A stretch of DNA of 20,000 bases, taken from IMG/VR virus record IMGVR_UViG_3300021964_000044. One strand, given 5' to 3'. Below the pieces are notes generated by a model, which was not told the DNA's origin, did not search any database, and saw only the letters and a list, made by a program, of their open reading frames with translations. Each line of letters opens with the position of its first letter. Position 1 is the first letter of the stretch. Source of the DNA: an uncultured virus (IMG/VR IMGVR_UViG_3300021964_000044). Its lineage: Duplodnaviria > Heunggongvirae > Uroviricota > Caudoviricetes. This document shows, in pieces, positions 1 through 8,446 of the stretch. The position numbers were made by a program, and so were the translations under genes.

Positions 1-1
1 A

Positions 2-640
2 CAAAATCCTCAAGGTCGTCAAGATCTTAAGAAAGGTGCCAGTTTTGCTGTTGAAGGCATGAAGAAAACTGGTCAAGCTCTCAGCGGATTAGGTCAAGCA
101 GCTGGACGTGTTGCTGAAGAGGCTGTTCTTACTGGCGCACCCGCTGCACGTGAGTTTGCTGGTAAGTTTGCAGCTAATCGTGGCTTGCTTGGTGATGTCG
201 CCCGAGCAGCTTCCAAAGTAACTGATGACCAGATCATTGGTGCTGCGATTGGCGCTGGAAAGATTGCAGAGCCTGTTTCTAAGGGTGTGGCTGTTCTGGG
301 CACAAGTGCTTTAGTTGGTGGCGCACTTTCTAAGCCAGATTCTTACTACTCACTTCCGATGCAGGAGATGGCTGCACGTGAAGCTGCTGCATATGGTTTA
401 GTTGATGCAAAGCTTGCGGCGGATACTGAACGTCAATTAGGAAACTCTCGTCTGGCCCAAGAGAAGTTTGAGCAATCTCTCTATCTGCAGAATCAGCGTC
501 AACAACATGAGATGATGATGGCGTCCGCACGTCAAGAGGCGCGTACCCCACGGAATCAGCCTATGTACGGTTCGGGTTTATTTGATCCGATGGCCCTCGC
601 ACAGATGTCTTTTGGTGGCGACGTTCAACAATACCGCTAA
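2..640 (+). CDS. Ala/Gly-rich hypothetical protein, 5'-truncated; candidate internal virion/ejection protein
   Basis: The frame is open from position 2 (QNPQGRQDLKKGASFAVEG-MKK...), so the true start probably lies upstream of the window. Ala/Gly-rich N-half, Gln/Met-rich helical C-half, ends QQYR. Confidence 0.6.
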   Translation, partial: QNPQGRQDLKKGASFAVEGMKKTGQALSGLGQAAGRVAEEAVLTGAPAAREFAGKFAANRGLLGDVARAASKVTDDQIIGAAIGAGKIAEPVSKGVAVLGTSALVGGALSKPDSYYSLPMQEMAAREAAAYGLVDAKLAADTERQLGNSRLAQEKFEQSLYLQNQRQQHEMMMASARQEARTPRNQPMYGSGLFDPMALAQMSFGGDVQQYR

Positions 641-680
641 TCCATAGCACGTATAATTAATATCAAGATAGTTAACTAAC

Positions 681-1259
681 ATGGGCGCTTCTAAATCTAC
701 TAATAAATTTGCTGGTCTGGGCAATACAAACTATGGCCAACTTTCTGGACCCTCGCCTTCGTTCGGAAGTGCCCCCAGTTTAAACGTTGCGGAGAAAGTT
801 TCCTCTCCAATGAACAATCCTTTTTCAGGAAAAGCAACTTCTGGCAATGTGGGTTTTCTGCAGGGTGCTAAGGCAAATATTGATTACGGTCAGATGGAAA
901 ATAAAAAGCCATCTTGGCAGGAGGGTGCAACATATCTCGGTAACCGTTTGCAGGATTTAGGCGGGGTCGGCGGTCAACTTGGCGCTGCTCAGCGTAGGGC
1001 TGGTGAGATTAACCAAGGGTACGGTAATTTCGGCGGGCGTTCTGAGCAAGTGGGTGACGGCATGTATATGTACACCCCTGATCGTATGGGACCAATGGTA
1101 ATCGGTGGTGGGGCAGCTCCTCAAGAACGGAGCACTGGTCAACGTATTGCAGGTGCTGCTGGCGGTGCATTGTCAGGCGCTGCTGCAGGATCTACGTTTG
1201 GTCCCGTCGGGACCGCTGTTGGTGGCGCCATCGGCGGACTTGGTGGTCTCTTTGGTTGA
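681..1259 (+). CDS. Gly/Ser-rich protein with C-terminal glycine zipper; candidate ejection/membrane-penetrating virion protein
   Basis: 192 aa; C-terminus IAGAAGGALSGAAAGSTFGPVGTAVGGAIGGLGGLFG has GxxxG repeats and is a hydrophobic hairpin; TATAAT at 652-657. Confidence 0.6.
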   Translation: MGASKSTNKFAGLGNTNYGQLSGPSPSFGSAPSLNVAEKVSSPMNNPFSGKATSGNVGFLQGAKANIDYGQMENKKPSWQEGATYLGNRLQDLGGVGGQLGAAQRRAGEINQGYGNFGGRSEQVGDGMYMYTPDRMGPMVIGGGAAPQERSTGQRIAGAAGGALSGAAAGSTFGPVGTAVGGAIGGLGGLFG

Positions 1260-1305
1260 GGAGTTTAGTTCATTTAAAATAATTACCATAAGAAGATAAA
1301 AAATT

Positions 1306-2079
1306 ATGGCTGTCGGTCAGTTAGCAGTAGCCTTGCCAAGGGTTGGAAGAATGGCTATGCAGGCGCTTCCGTATGTTATTGGCGGTAGTGCAGCATATAG
1401 GCCTTTAATGGAAGGTCGCCCATTAGAAGCAGCTATTCAGGGCGGATTAGGTTTTATTGGTGGTAAAGGTGTTCAAGGACCTCTTACGGGTTTAACTCAG
1501 CGGGCGATGTCACAAGGTCCTCGCCTTGCAGGGCTTGCAGGACAACCGCAACTTGCTGGAGCTGTTACTAGAGGTCTTGGACTTGCAGTTCCTGCAGCCG
1601 CAATTGCATTAACCCCTAAAATTGCAGGTGCTTTAGTACCTGGTGCATCAGGTGCTGTACAACAAGGTCTAGGTGGTGCTGCACAACTTGGTGCAGGCGC
1701 TCTTGGTTACCAGGCTCCAGGTGCTCCTCAATACGGCGGCGCTCCGTATAACGCCACTGACATGTACGGCAATATCACTCCATCAGGCTTACCTACTGAA
1801 GTACTCGGTGCTCCTGGAATGGGTCGTCGTTTGGAGCAGCTTAAATCCGCTGAAACTGCGCGTGATGCGATGCGTTTGCTTAATCCCGAGATTTATGCGG
1901 CAGGTGAAGCTCGTGAAAAACAGAATTTCGCACGTCAAATGGCCGCAGCTGGTATCCGCCAGAACATCGCAACCCGCGCTGCAATGCTTCAAAATGCACA
2001 GGCAGCTGGTTTAAATATGGGTCTGACTGCAGCTCAACAAGCAGGTAATGCTTTGACGTCCCAATACCAATATCAGTGA
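1306..2079 (+). CDS. Gly/Ala-rich protein with hydrophobic segments and C-terminal helical region; candidate internal virion protein
   Basis: 257 aa; hydrophobic GLGLAVPAAAIALTPKIAGALVPG; ends SQYQYQ; TAAAAT at 1275-1280. Confidence 0.6.
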   Translation: MAVGQLAVALPRVGRMAMQALPYVIGGSAAYRPLMEGRPLEAAIQGGLGFIGGKGVQGPLTGLTQRAMSQGPRLAGLAGQPQLAGAVTRGLGLAVPAAAIALTPKIAGALVPGASGAVQQGLGGAAQLGAGALGYQAPGAPQYGGAPYNATDMYGNITPSGLPTEVLGAPGMGRRLEQLKSAETARDAMRLLNPEIYAAGEAREKQNFARQMAAAGIRQNIATRAAMLQNAQAAGLNMGLTAAQQAGNALTSQYQYQ

Positions 2080-2080
2080 T

Positions 2081-2680
2081 ATGGCAAATAATCCATATAA
2101 CGTCCCCTTCTCTGCTGGTTTCTTAGATACCGGTTTTGGAGGTGGGCGTATCACCAAGAGTAACCCAAGTTTTGTGAAGGCTCTCCTTGACACTGATTTA
2201 GGGGCTTTTGAACCTAAGTCTTCGGATAGCGAGAAGTCTTACGAAACACCTGACACGCCTGATTACAAATCCGATCCTATTGGCGATTACATAGAGCGTC
2301 TTCCTGACATTTATGGAAAGATCGCTCCTATTCAAGCTGAGCTTCAACGTCAAGCAAGTGAATTAGCTCTTCAGCAAGGTATTCGCCAAACTGCAGCTCT
2401 CTATCCATATTTAAGTGCAGCTGGAGCTGAATCGACTGAGCGTGCTCTTGACGCTAGTAAGCGATTCTTGGCGCGTAAGATGCAAGAGCAACGCGGAATT
2501 GAAGCTTTCCGTCAAACGTTGCCGACTACTCAGCAAGACATCATGTCTGCCAAGCAACGGCAACAATCAGCTGCTTCTACTGATTTTTACAACGAGGCTG
2601 CTGCCATGGCGTTGGCTTCAAATGCAGCACAAAATTTTGCTGAGACAGGTTTAGGCAAGTATCGTTACATTGGTTCTTGA
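2081..2680 (+). CDS. Hypothetical Gln/Ala-rich helical protein; candidate internal virion protein
   Basis: 199 aa; starts 1 nt after the previous stop; coiled-coil-like C-half; ends KYRYIGS followed by tandem stops TGA-TAA. Confidence 0.6.
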   Translation: MANNPYNVPFSAGFLDTGFGGGRITKSNPSFVKALLDTDLGAFEPKSSDSEKSYETPDTPDYKSDPIGDYIERLPDIYGKIAPIQAELQRQASELALQQGIRQTAALYPYLSAAGAESTERALDASKRFLARKMQEQRGIEAFRQTLPTTQQDIMSAKQRQQSAASTDFYNEAAAMALASNAAQNFAETGLGKYRYIGS

Positions 2681-2718
2681 TAAAGCCGAATTAAAATACT
2701 GAAATCAGGAGAAACTTT

Positions 2719-3372
2719 ATGGGCGGCGGTCAAAAGAAGCAGAAAAAGACAAAAATTAAATACGTAAAAGCGCCTCCGCCGCCGAAGGTACAAAAGACTC
2801 CTACTCAGAGTCTGCGGACTCAGGTTGCTTTGGCAGAGACAGCTGGCATCCAGTCGCGTCTTAATATGACCACTCAGGCGAATCTGGACCGTACTAATAA
2901 AGAATTCTTCACGGGTCAGAACATTCGCCAGCTTCAGGCTGCGGGTGCTCAGGATCGTTTGACCATCGGAGCACAGTCTGATGCTGCTGTCCGGCAAACT
3001 CGTGTCGGCGGGCAGGAAGAGAGGGCAACGATTGGTGCTCGTGGGCTCCAAGAGCGTTTAACTATCGGTGAGTCTGGACGTCAGCAGCGTCTAGGTCTTG
3101 AAACCGCTGGTCAGCAGGAGCGACTTAATATTGGTACTCGTGGGGTTGAAGAGCGGCTGACTCAGGCCCAAGGGGGGCAGATCGAAACTGGTTTGATCCA
3201 GACCCGTGGTCAAGAACAACGTGCAGGCATTCGCACGACCGGCGAAGAAGAACGCGCCACTGTTTCTCGTACAGCGCAAGAACAACGTGCAACCCAGTTG
3301 CAATCAGAGATGTTCCGGCGCTATAAAGAGAACAGAGATTACGAGCAGGCTCAGAGCCAGTACAGGGTATGA
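2719..3372 (+). CDS. 11-residue-repeat (hendecad coiled-coil-like) protein with basic N-terminus
   Basis: 217 aa; SD-like AGGAG at 2707-2711; N-terminus MGGGQKKQKKTKIKYVKAPPPPK; repeats such as GQEERATIGAR / GLQERLTIGES / GQQERLNIGTR. Confidence 0.7.
   Translation: MGGGQKKQKKTKIKYVKAPPPPKVQKTPTQSLRTQVALAETAGIQSRLNMTTQANLDRTNKEFFTGQNIRQLQAAGAQDRLTIGAQSDAAVRQTRVGGQEERATIGARGLQERLTIGESGRQQRLGLETAGQQERLNIGTRGVEERLTQAQGGQIETGLIQTRGQEQRAGIRTTGEEERATVSRTAQEQRATQLQSEMFRRYKENRDYEQAQSQYRV
2845..3306 (+). repeat. About 14 degenerate 33-nt (11-aa) coding repeats, consensus G-x-[EQ]-[EQ]-R-[LA]-T-I-x-x-x
   Basis: Gly at residues 43, 76, 98, 109, 120, 131, 142, 153, 164, 175 and Arg at 47, 58, 80, 102, 113, 124, 135, 146, 168, 179, 190, all in an 11-residue register. 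Confidence 0.85.
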
Positions 3373-3854
3373 CGGATTGGATTTGCGAACTGACCGACAA
3401 AGAACGTGAATCCTTTCTAACCTTCGCAAAACAATCCTCAAGCCCGATTCAGATCTACCTGTATTCCCGTTTCATGGGATATACGGGTAGCATCGTCGAT
3501 TGCGATGAGTGGGTCAAAAGCAAGTTCAAGAAAAGAAATTTCGTAGCTTTGCTTGAGATGGAGATCGACTCCATGCAACAAGATATTGCGAAACTGCGAG
3601 ATGCCATTGATATGGGCATTGTCAAGCAAGACATGGGTGCTTCTCGCATCGCGATGATGCAAAAAGAACTTCGAGGTTCGATTAAACAATTAAATGATGA
3701 AAAAGTTCTTCTTGACAAGCAAGGCTTGATTCTTGCTGGTGCCGATCGCGCTATTCGAGAGATGCTTTTGATTTTCCGCGATGACCCGATTGAAGGCCCA
3801 CTGCAAGAAGCGTCGATGGGCGTCTGGACAAAGATTTTCCAAGAAGAATCTTAG
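3369..3854 (+). CDS. Probable terminase small subunit
   Basis: 161 aa, helical, immediately upstream of TerL, ATGA overlap with the preceding gene. Assigned by position and size only. Confidence 0.5.
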   Translation: MTDWICELTDKERESFLTFAKQSSSPIQIYLYSRFMGYTGSIVDCDEWVKSKFKKRNFVALLEMEIDSMQQDIAKLRDAIDMGIVKQDMGASRIAMMQKELRGSIKQLNDEKVLLDKQGLILAGADRAIREMLLIFRDDPIEGPLQEASMGVWTKIFQEES

Positions 3855-3878
3855 TGATTGTTACGCTATGCTTTGAGC

Positions 3879-5402
3879 ATGGCAGGAACAAGTCTTCATA
3901 GCGTATATCGTCGATCTGCACGTGCAGCAGCACAACAAAGAATTGTCAAAAAGACAACTTCTGTAGATGTAGCACGCGCACGAACTGATTTTGCATATTT
4001 TTGTGATGTGGTTGGAGATAAACCTCCTGCTACGCACCATAAAGAATGGCATCAATACCTGTGCACAGGGGATGATTCAGAATGTCTTGTTGGTATCGGT
4101 GGACCCAATATTGATATTCTTGCTCCACGAGGTAGTGCTAAATCAACTATTCTTGGTTTATACACGGCTTGGGCTGTTGGTGTTCACGCGGTACACAAGA
4201 AACCGCTGAAAGTTCTCTATATTTCATATACGGTTGACGTTGCTCGTCCGAAGAGCGCAGCGATTAAGCGCATTATTGAGGAGAGTAAAACGTATCGAGA
4301 GATCTTTCCAATGGTGAAGATTGCTAAGGGAATTAACTCTAACGAGTACTGGAGCATTGACTGGAAATTTGCAGGGATTAAATCGACTGGTGAAGAAGAA
4401 TTCACTGTTTGTTGTGCTGGTCTCAAAGGTGCTGTGACCTCTAAACGTTCCCATCTCTGTATTATTGATGACGCCATCAAATCTGCGGACGACATTAAGA
4501 ACAGGGATATCCGCCAGGCGATGGAGGACAACTGGAACTCAGTTATTGTTCCCACTATGTTTGAAGGTGGGCGTGCCATTTGCTTGGGAACCCGTTTCCG
4601 TCACGACGATATTCACAACAGCACGTTCACTCCGGCCAACAGTTGGGTCCAGATCGTTCAGTCAGCGATCACAGTGGATGAGCATGGGGACGAGATTTCT
4701 TACTGGCCAGAAATGTGGTCTTTGGATTACTTGCGTGATCGGCGTCGTCAAGCCCCTGTCGCGTTTAGCTTCCAGTATCAGAACCAGATTGTTCAGACGA
4801 GTGAGTTGTCCCTATCACCTGAGCTAATTGTCAAAGGAAATATTGCCACAGAATTCGACACCTTAGGGGTGGGAGTGGACCTTTCGGCTGGTGTTCGGGA
4901 AAAGAACGATTACACCGTTTTCGTGATGGGTGGTCGTATTGGCGGCAAGATTCATATTATCGATTGCAAGCGTCTCCGCATTATGGGCAATTTGGAAAAA
5001 CTCGAGGCTCTGATGGAGATGATGGATGAATGGGGCGTTTGCTACAAAGATGGCGATAAGTATTTCCCTTCTGGTACAGGCATTGAGATTTGGTCAGAAG
5101 CCGTGGCGTATCAGGCGTCCTTGGAGGCAGACTTCAAACGTATTTGTCTTGGGGAGCACGGCCTCTATAACATGCATTGGCATCCCATCAAAGGATTTCG
5201 CGGGGACAAAGTTGCCCGGTTCAGGGGAATTATGGGTCTTTTTGAGCAGCATAAAATCACGTTTAATAAGTATCGAAAAATGAAAGAGCTTACAGATGAG
5301 ATCGTGAACTTTGGTGTAAGCTCTCACGATGACTGTGTCGACGCTCTTGTCTGGCTCTGCAATGGTTTGATGACCCGAGGGAAACTAGAGTTAGAGTATT
5401 GA
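3879..5402 (+). CDS. terL: Terminase large subunit
   Basis: Walker A-like APRGSAKST, Walker B LCIIDD, coupling motif GTR, RNase H-like nuclease motifs GVDLSAG..NDYT and HDDCVDA. ATG 3879 preferred over TTG 3858. Confidence 0.95.
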   Translation: MAGTSLHSVYRRSARAAAQQRIVKKTTSVDVARARTDFAYFCDVVGDKPPATHHKEWHQYLCTGDDSECLVGIGGPNIDILAPRGSAKSTILGLYTAWAVGVHAVHKKPLKVLYISYTVDVARPKSAAIKRIIEESKTYREIFPMVKIAKGINSNEYWSIDWKFAGIKSTGEEEFTVCCAGLKGAVTSKRSHLCIIDDAIKSADDIKNRDIRQAMEDNWNSVIVPTMFEGGRAICLGTRFRHDDIHNSTFTPANSWVQIVQSAITVDEHGDEISYWPEMWSLDYLRDRRRQAPVAFSFQYQNQIVQTSELSLSPELIVKGNIATEFDTLGVGVDLSAGVREKNDYTVFVMGGRIGGKIHIIDCKRLRIMGNLEKLEALMEMMDEWGVCYKDGDKYFPSGTGIEIWSEAVAYQASLEADFKRICLGEHGLYNMHWHPIKGFRGDKVARFRGIMGLFEQHKITFNKYRKMKELTDEIVNFGVSSHDDCVDALVWLCNGLMTRGKLELEY

Positions 5403-5430
5403 CGATTTAAACTAAAGGTATCCACATACG

Positions 5431-5613
5431 ATGTCACCTAGTTATTTCGTGGTAGAGCTTGAGCAAGATGCTTACGGTTCTGCTATCCTCCCGCTCCCTG
5501 ATGAGCTCTGTCATGACATGGCTCTTCAACCTAATGAACGCTTCGATGTTGAAGTCGAAGAGGGCACGATCGTTTTCAAACGCCTGGAGGCTGGGTACGA
5601 TATTGATCAGTAA
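5431..5613 (+). CDS. AbrB/MazE/SpoVT-like small DNA-binding protein
   Basis: 60 aa; GSAILPLPDELCHDMALQPNERFDVEVEEGTIVFKR fits the swapped-hairpin pattern (G-S-x-x-hydrophobic-x-L-P...L-x-x-G/N-D/E-x-hydrophobic...G-x-I-x-hydrophobic). Confidence 0.7.
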   Translation: MSPSYFVVELEQDAYGSAILPLPDELCHDMALQPNERFDVEVEEGTIVFKRLEAGYDIDQ

Positions 5614-5627
5614 ACTACTTAATCAGA

Positions 5628-7889
5628 ATGGGCGATAGTGCGAAATCCCAAATTGAGGATATGCTCAAGGCGGTAGTCACCCGCAGTAGTGACGGTCCAG
5701 CGGACACGATGCTGATTAACGCGCATCTGTCCCAGATGAAGATGTTCGGTATCCGCCAGGGTGTTGAGTTTTATCCCGCGCAAGACAACTTAGGGACACA
5801 GCGATACGACTTCATTCAACAAGTAATCCGTTTTAATAAGCTCGATGCACGCCTGGATTCCATTTGGGATCGATTTTTGGCATACGGCAAAGGGTTGTTT
5901 TATATCCGACCCACGCAGAAAACGTATCGTCTGTACTGGTTTGACAAAGATGCGTATCGGACTTATTACTCTCCAGAAGGTGACCTTGAAGAAGTCCTGA
6001 TCATCTACCCGTATAAGGTAAAGTCCTCTAAGGGTTTCCAAGGCGTCGGCTTAAATACGGATAAGCGTTACATGCGTCTGCGCATTACCGCTAGTGAGAT
6101 TGAGGAATACCATAGCGAAAAAGAGATTGGGTTCGATGACGTGTCAATGGACATGCCATTCACTCAAAAGAAAGTGGTTGCCAACAGTATGGAGTTCATT
6201 CCATGCGTGGAGGTGCTGAACAACCCTGACGCCTTTGGCACTGAAGGCAGTGGTGAGTTTGAGTGGGTTGCTAACCAGATCATTGCTCACGATGAGATGG
6301 TAAAGAACATTCGTGCCAACCTTTCGTTCTTTGGCAATCCAACCCTCCTGTCATCCCGTCCTAAACAGGACATCGTGGAGACAAACCAAGATGAGACCAG
6401 CCAGCGGCCAAGTATTTCGAGTCAATCTGGTTTCCAATCCGACTTCTTCCTGTCTAGCTCAACCTTTAAGCAGGACAACGTAACTCGTGCTCCTGCTGGG
6501 TATAACGGTCGCCCTGGTCAGGGGATGCGCGTTCCAAGGGTGATTGCAAACCTTGAGCCTACAGATCGTGTTGGCTTTATTACGCCTAATGCGGTTAGTA
6601 CTGACCAGGCCCGTTACGCAGAACAGCTTCGCAGTGAGATACGCCTTGCTCTGGGCGGTATTGATGACCTGAGTATTACCAACGTCACTGCAACCGAATA
6701 TAAATCTGCATACGGTCGAGTTAGCGCCACTGCCAAGAAAAAGTGTTTACAGCTTTATACATATGGCATCTGCCGTTGTTTTGAGCTGATGATCTTCCAG
6801 GAGGAGCAAATCTTCCGTAAGTCGATGGCTTATGAAGCTGGAATTAAAACTCCTGCTGTTCCTGAGGATCTCGAAGACGAGAAAGCATTAGCTAAATACG
6901 AAAAACAGAAAGCAAAGTACGAAGAGAAACTGCAAGCTGCAGTTGATGCGGCTATCGAAACCCAGGAGATTCCGCCAGGAGTTCTTGGTTTGGCGCCAGA
7001 CGGTGATAGAACTGTCGATTGGCGTTGGTTGGGTCCTGTGTATGAAGATACAACGCAGGATAAACTCAACCAGTCTATCTTCACCAGGAACTTGCAAGAG
7101 TTAGGTGTTGATAGCATTGAAGCACTGAAGTATTTATTCCCTTCTAAAACGGATGACGAAATCGCGAGCATGCTCTCTGGTTTCCCATTCCGTGTGGTAG
7201 GGGAAGTACAGAGGGCTTATTCCGCGTTTATTGATCTAATCAATCAAGAAATGCGGACTCCACACCCGCAGCAACCGAATCTTCCGATGGCTGCGGATCC
7301 GAGACTTGATCTCACTCCCTTCCTTTACCGCACACTAGAAAGCCTACAAAAAGAGGTAACCTATGCAGGCCGATACCGCAATGCCGACCCAATCGGCACC
7401 CCAAGTATCCCAGACCCCACAGAGCAGCTACGCGGCTCCAACGCAAACAGCAGCGGCAGCTCCTTCGGTGGCAACGACCAATCAGTGGGTGGCGCCGTAC
7501 CAGCAGGCAGCGGCCCCAGCCCCGCAAATGCAGGCCCAGATGGGGATTCCCCAAGCGCCGGTCTCAACCCCTACTCAGTACGCACCCCAGACATCGCAGG
7601 CAGCCCCACAACAGGAGAATCCTTATCGGGACGCATTCAACAAGGTGGTCGGGCTCCTGAGTTCGCCCGTCCAATTCCCGTCCCTGGGTCAACAGTCGAG
7701 TCAGACTCAAACAATCGACCCGGCCAGTTACAGTTCCCAACAGGCTCCCCAATTCAGCAACCTGGGGATGCAGACTTCTTCGCCTTCGATCAACAACAAC
7801 CAGGCATTCTCCAACGACTATTCCCAAACTTCTCTGGAGATAACTCCGGAGCAGATGCTGGCAAACGGAGTAAGTCACGAGGGTCTTGA
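5628..7889 (+). CDS. Probable portal protein with a long low-complexity C-terminal extension
   Basis: 753 aa between TerL and scaffold/MCP, with a mixed alpha/beta core of about 580 aa. The last 175 codons overlap the scaffold gene. Assigned mainly by synteny and size. Confidence 0.72.
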   Translation: MGDSAKSQIEDMLKAVVTRSSDGPADTMLINAHLSQMKMFGIRQGVEFYPAQDNLGTQRYDFIQQVIRFNKLDARLDSIWDRFLAYGKGLFYIRPTQKTYRLYWFDKDAYRTYYSPEGDLEEVLIIYPYKVKSSKGFQGVGLNTDKRYMRLRITASEIEEYHSEKEIGFDDVSMDMPFTQKKVVANSMEFIPCVEVLNNPDAFGTEGSGEFEWVANQIIAHDEMVKNIRANLSFFGNPTLLSSRPKQDIVETNQDETSQRPSISSQSGFQSDFFLSSSTFKQDNVTRAPAGYNGRPGQGMRVPRVIANLEPTDRVGFITPNAVSTDQARYAEQLRSEIRLALGGIDDLSITNVTATEYKSAYGRVSATAKKKCLQLYTYGICRCFELMIFQEEQIFRKSMAYEAGIKTPAVPEDLEDEKALAKYEKQKAKYEEKLQAAVDAAIETQEIPPGVLGLAPDGDRTVDWRWLGPVYEDTTQDKLNQSIFTRNLQELGVDSIEALKYLFPSKTDDEIASMLSGFPFRVVGEVQRAYSAFIDLINQEMRTPHPQQPNLPMAADPRLDLTPFLYRTLESLQKEVTYAGRYRNADPIGTPSIPDPTEQLRGSNANSSGSSFGGNDQSVGGAVPAGSGPSPANAGPDGDSPSAGLNPYSVRTPDIAGSPTTGESLSGRIQQGGRAPEFARPIPVPGSTVESDSNNRPGQLQFPTGSPIQQPGDADFFAFDQQQPGILQRLFPNFSGDNSGADAGKRSKSRGS

Positions 7890-8382
7890 GATTCACGACC
7901 ACTTCGGTCCTGATGCTGCAAAAGTCCTTAACGACTATTCATGCAACCTCGAAGATGCTCTGATTCAAACCAACGCGCAGTTGGTTGAAGCTTGCAACCT
8001 GCTTCAGGAACTGTCTGGTGAGCATAAAGCTTACGAGCAGATCCTGACTGATCCTGACACTCTGGCTGACTACACCTGCGAATTCTTCGGTGAGAACGGT
8101 CCTTATCCGATCCCCGAAGAGCAAGTGCAGCCTCAGGGCATGGCTGTTGGTCAGCAGTTCCAACAGCAGCAGTTCCAGCAGCCCGCTGCACCTCAGCAGG
8201 TGGCTCCTCAGCGCCCTCAGATGCCTGTTCCTCCCCAGCCTCAGGCCCAAGCCAACCCCAGTGACTTCTGGAACAGCTTCGGCAACCTGGCTGACCGCGA
8301 CCCCGCTAATGCTTGGCGTTATCTGAACTCCGCCCAGCAGACACCTGATGTGTTCCGCAACAAGCTCCTGGTCATGGAGTGA
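7363..8382 (+). CDS. Probable capsid scaffolding protein
   Basis: 339 aa, Gln/Pro/Ala-rich and acidic; helical segment LEDALIQTNAQLVEACNLLQEL; compact C-terminal domain SDFWNSFGNLADRDPANAWRYLN; SD GAGGT at 7353-7357; located between portal and MCP. Confidence 0.72.
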   Translation: MQADTAMPTQSAPQVSQTPQSSYAAPTQTAAAAPSVATTNQWVAPYQQAAAPAPQMQAQMGIPQAPVSTPTQYAPQTSQAAPQQENPYRDAFNKVVGLLSSPVQFPSLGQQSSQTQTIDPASYSSQQAPQFSNLGMQTSSPSINNNQAFSNDYSQTSLEITPEQMLANGVSHEGLEIHDHFGPDAAKVLNDYSCNLEDALIQTNAQLVEACNLLQELSGEHKAYEQILTDPDTLADYTCEFFGENGPYPIPEEQVQPQGMAVGQQFQQQQFQQPAAPQQVAPQRPQMPVPPQPQAQANPSDFWNSFGNLADRDPANAWRYLNSAQQTPDVFRNKLLVME

Positions 8383-8409
8383 TCTAGGAACATAAGTAGT
8401 TCTAGAATA

Positions 8410-8438
8410 GGGGGTAGGAAACTGCCCCCGAATTTTTT
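8410..8438 (+). terminator. Hairpin with GAAA tetraloop and T-tract; possible intrinsic terminator or processing stem
   Basis: GGGGGTAG-GAAA-CTGCCCCC (8410-8429) then GAA and T6 (8433-8438), downstream of the scaffold stop. Confidence 0.6.
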
Positions 8439-8446
8439 ATAAAGTC

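Noticed and set aside
681..698. MGASKS resembles an N-myristoylation motif (MGxxxS)
   Set aside because: The context is a bacteriophage, bacterial hosts lack canonical N-myristoyltransferase, and such a short match arises easily by chance.
2845..3306. 33-nt periodicity as a possible CRISPR array or DGR repeat
   Set aside because: The repeats are degenerate at DNA level and conserved at protein level, with no repeat-spacer alternation and no adenine-specific variant pair or reverse transcriptase.
3879..5402. Intein or intron in terL
   Set aside because: The length (507 aa) is ordinary, the ATPase and nuclease motifs are contiguous, and no splicing or homing-endonuclease motifs are visible.
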